From positions 15,624,001 through 15,688,000 of the forward strand of contig CM060731.1 of the NCBI GenBank assembly GCA_030704615.1: a stretch of DNA of 64,000 nt. The letters run 5' to 3'. The first letter of the stretch is position 1. Each line of letters starts with the position of its first letter. The DNA comes from Takakia lepidozioides. Its lineage: Eukaryota; Plantae; Bryophyta. The translations under genes and the position numbers were made by a program. The notes below the pieces were generated by a model. It did not search any database, had not been told where the DNA came from, and worked only from the letters and a program-made list of their open reading frames with translations. Positions 61,027-64,000 of this stretch are shown in pieces.

Positions 61027-62479
61027 CTTCTCCAAATTGGCAGATTTCGACCTGGAAAATGAGTCAGCTACTTGTACAAAGGAATTACGGGGGTAAAGTC
61101 CAAAAATTTCGCCAAAAAGCACCAGTAGTTGAGATTTAGGAGGCTAATTTTGCAGACGTGGACCAGTTACAGCGTGCCACTTGGAATAAAGCCACTTTTT
61201 CTAGCCCTGCCACCTCGTTATTCTCGCCACATGGGCACTGGATAGGATTCACATGTGGCCCGCCAGCGATTTTGTAAAAATGAGAAAACAAACAAATTAT
61301 GTTGTCTGTTGATTCCCTGCTGGCATCCGTCGAGAAGGTGGACCCCTTGTGACACCAATTGGTGGATTGAACCCAAAACCACTGGGCTTTAGTTCCACCC
61401 AATCGGGGTGCGAGTCTATGGCCACAAGGCTATGGCAAACAATGTCTTATGAGTACATTCTGATTTCGACTAATAATAATATACGACGCTTTCCGAAGGA
61501 AGCGTGATCCTGGTGTCTTCTTTATAGGAGAAGGGTCTCAAGAACTATGATATTTTTCGGTACGTTCTCAATCTCAGAAAGCACTTTGAGATTTTTCTCT
61601 TTGTTATTATCCGCTCCCTCTAGAGCATATTGGCGTGCTTGGCTAAGGCAATGTAATCCACGCCCAGGGAATACCCTGGTACGGAGGGCGGTGCAATCCA
61701 CTTTGGTGGAATGCACTGCCATACCTTTTTTTTGTTGCACCGGCTTTTTGTAGGGCATTCCTCGATATTCGGGCATTCCCTAGGGCTCCCGCCAGTGCCC
61801 TTATATCGAGGAATGCCCTCCACTCTGGGCCTTTCCTTATAGGTAAGGTATTTTGCCAGCGTGGCAAAGACCTTAAGGGGCCGGAAGGTACAGTGCAATC
61901 TACTAACTCTAAGGGACCTAAAAATGAACTAAGAAAAATATCATGGTTCTTTACGCATCTGGTAGGGCTATTACTGTCTTCTGGTAGGAAGTCGGACAGT
62001 GGACACTTTTGTGACACCAGTCACTGAATTGAACCCACTACCGGCGCTTCTTTTTTAGGCGAAATGGAGCCTAAAAGCGATAAAAAAACAAAGGGCTACC
62101 ACAGCCCTATGTAAAATCCTAGGAAAAAAAACAAAAAATGCGCCCAAAAAAAGGGGTGTGCGCAAGGGCTGGTGCTAGAAAGCTCCAGGGGAACATGCAA
62201 ATTGCGCCAGAAATACACGTTCCTCACAACCCTACATCTAGTGGCTGTCGTCCCATCGCGCGATCAACGGTAGAGATCTCGCCATGTAGCACGACCTGGA
62301 CCGTTGGATCGCCAGGGTTTTGGCCGCCTCCAGGCCAGGCCGTCGCCACTGCGCACAGCCCTACGGAGCTTCACCATCGCCATCTCTCCTCGCAGCTTGC
62401 TTTCAAAATTTTGCCTAAGATCTTTATACTGTAGTTTTTTTTAGTGCCATATTACTCTTTCGCATCGGGCTCTGGTACC

Positions 62480-63060
62480 TTGCTATTTGAAATTGAGGTC
62501 GTGATGTTTGCTGGCCCATTGTAGGACTTCTTTGATTAATTAGTTTCAGATTTCAGAGTGTGGGTGGGCTGTCCTGCCTCACTTGGTATCAATTTGTTCC
62601 ACCATCCTCAACAGTGCCACCTTGCTACTTGCTATGGTTTTTGCTGGCCATCTTTGGACTTCTTTGATTAATTATTTTAGATTTGAGATTGTGAGTGGGC
62701 TGCCATGCCTACATGGGTACGAGTTTGCTCCTTCAAATTGCACTATGGTGTCACTTTGTTATTTGATATTGAGGCGATGCTTACTGCCCATTAACACTTG
62801 ACCAATTTTTCATACTTCAAATTTTAAATAGAGTTGATTAATTATTTTAGATTTCATATTGTGAGTGGGCTGCCATGCCTACCATTGGTACGAGTTTGCT
62901 CCTTCAAATTAGACTATGGTGTCACTTTGTTATTTGATATTGAGGCCATGATGTTTGCTGGCCCAGTTTAAGACTTGATCAGTAAATTTCAGATTTCAGA
63001 TTTTAAATAGACTGGTATGCATTAGGCAATGGTGACACTTTGCTACTTGAGATTAGGCTC
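62480..63060. repeat. Degenerate ~150-180 bp tandem repeat (about 3 units)
   Basis: ttgattaatta..tt.agattt...gtg.gtgggctg.c.tgcct recurs at ~62532, 62664, 62834. Confidence 0.7.
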
Positions 63061-63376
63061 TAGTGCCAGCAAATGCACTTCGACTATGGCATTGTAGCCA
63101 CATTGCAACAATATGTGGCCCCTTGTAGCCACTTCTTTATGCCTCAATTTTTATTTGTATTGCCTATCCAATGCATACACAAAATACTCAAATTGCTATA
63201 TTGCATGCAAATTAAATAGCTCGTAGCCAGTTGATTTTTAGCTAAGCATCTATGTCATCGCCACCTTTGCACTTAGCCTTCAAATTTTGTAGTCATTTAT
63301 ACTTCTAAGCCAAAATGACAAAAAAAAGCCATGCCCACGACCACTTCCGAGGTGGTATGTATTAGATTAAAGTCTG

Positions 63377-63917
63377 GCAACGAGGGCTTTACGCAATTCA
63401 AGACTCCATAGCCCCGAGCGCGGTAGCCCCCAGAGGCGTCGGAATCTTGATTCGTGTAAGCCTGAGTTATAGGACTTTAAATCACATAAAAACTGCATTG
63501 TAGACCAAGTGAAAAGAAAACTACCTGCCTATATGCCTCAGATTACGGGCCCAGCCTATGGGCTCCACGGCGTAGCAGAACAAGCGAGATTTTATGCTAT
63601 TTAAAGCCCACCAAAACTACACTAGCTAGGTTTTTACATATTAGGCGGAGTCTTGCGACGAGGGCTTTATGCGATTCAAGATTCCATAGCCCCGAGGCGG
63701 TAGCCAGAGGGCATGGGAATCTCGATTCTCGTATAGCCCAAGTTACAGGACTTTAATTGATGTAAAAATTGCATTGTGGACAGTGTGAAAAGAAAACTAC
63801 CTGTCTATATGCCCCTAACCTCAGATTAGGGACAGCCCATGGGCTCCACGGCATAACAGGACAAGCAGGATTTTATGCTATTTAAAGCCCACCAAAACTC
63901 CACTAGCTAGGTTTTTA
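63377..63917. repeat. ~280-bp tandem duplication (2 units)
   Basis: gc.acgagggcttta.gc.attcaaga.tccatagccccgag ... aaagcccaccaaaact.cactagctaggttttta at 63377-63640 and 63656-63917. Confidence 0.85.
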
Positions 63918-64000
63918 TGTATAGTGTAATGCCCTGAGTGGAGGTCATTCCCGGATTTGAGGGCACTGGCAGAGGGCGGTAGCCCGAGGGAAGGCCCGAA

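Larger units (their letters stand above)
56963..64000 (+). repeat. Segmental duplication of ~16381-23480 (with indels); runs to about the window end
   Basis: Colinear near-identity from aaacaaacactgaaatttcg through the kinase gene. Segments ~16645-18276, ~19012-19245 and ~22608-22727 are absent here; ~61967-63897 is extra. Confidence 0.93.

Overview
Eukaryotic nuclear DNA from a land plant. Spliced genes, PPR-DYW and S-domain receptor kinases point to this; a bryophyte-grade or other non-seed plant is my inference only. Host genes: a 4-exon RanBP1, an intronless histone H4 with a histone-type 3' stem-loop, and two near-identical G-type lectin receptor kinases from a segmental duplication about 38.7 kb apart. 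Pseudogenes: PPR-E-DYW (with an inverted middle segment), NYN-LOTUS (MARF1-like) and stearoyl-ACP desaturase. The window also holds MITEs, a SINE, LINE relics and a piggyBac-like transposase. The standout is an 11,583-bp, apparently very young Ty3/gypsy-type retroelement (43680-55262, minus strand, 4-bp TSD CCAA) inserted into the piggyBac ORF. It encodes Gag-protease-C5 DNA methyltransferase, then an in-frame UAG-CAA-CCA readthrough-type stop, then RT-RNaseH-DDE integrase-PHD finger. Instead of two ordinary LTRs it has split (circularly permuted) direct repeats, A1-internal-B1-gc-A2-ttaa-B2. Its integration ends are the two halves of an internal palindrome GACA-GC-TGTC, and a 17-nt self-complementary site replaces the tRNA PBS. 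All alignments were done by eye; no database searches were run.
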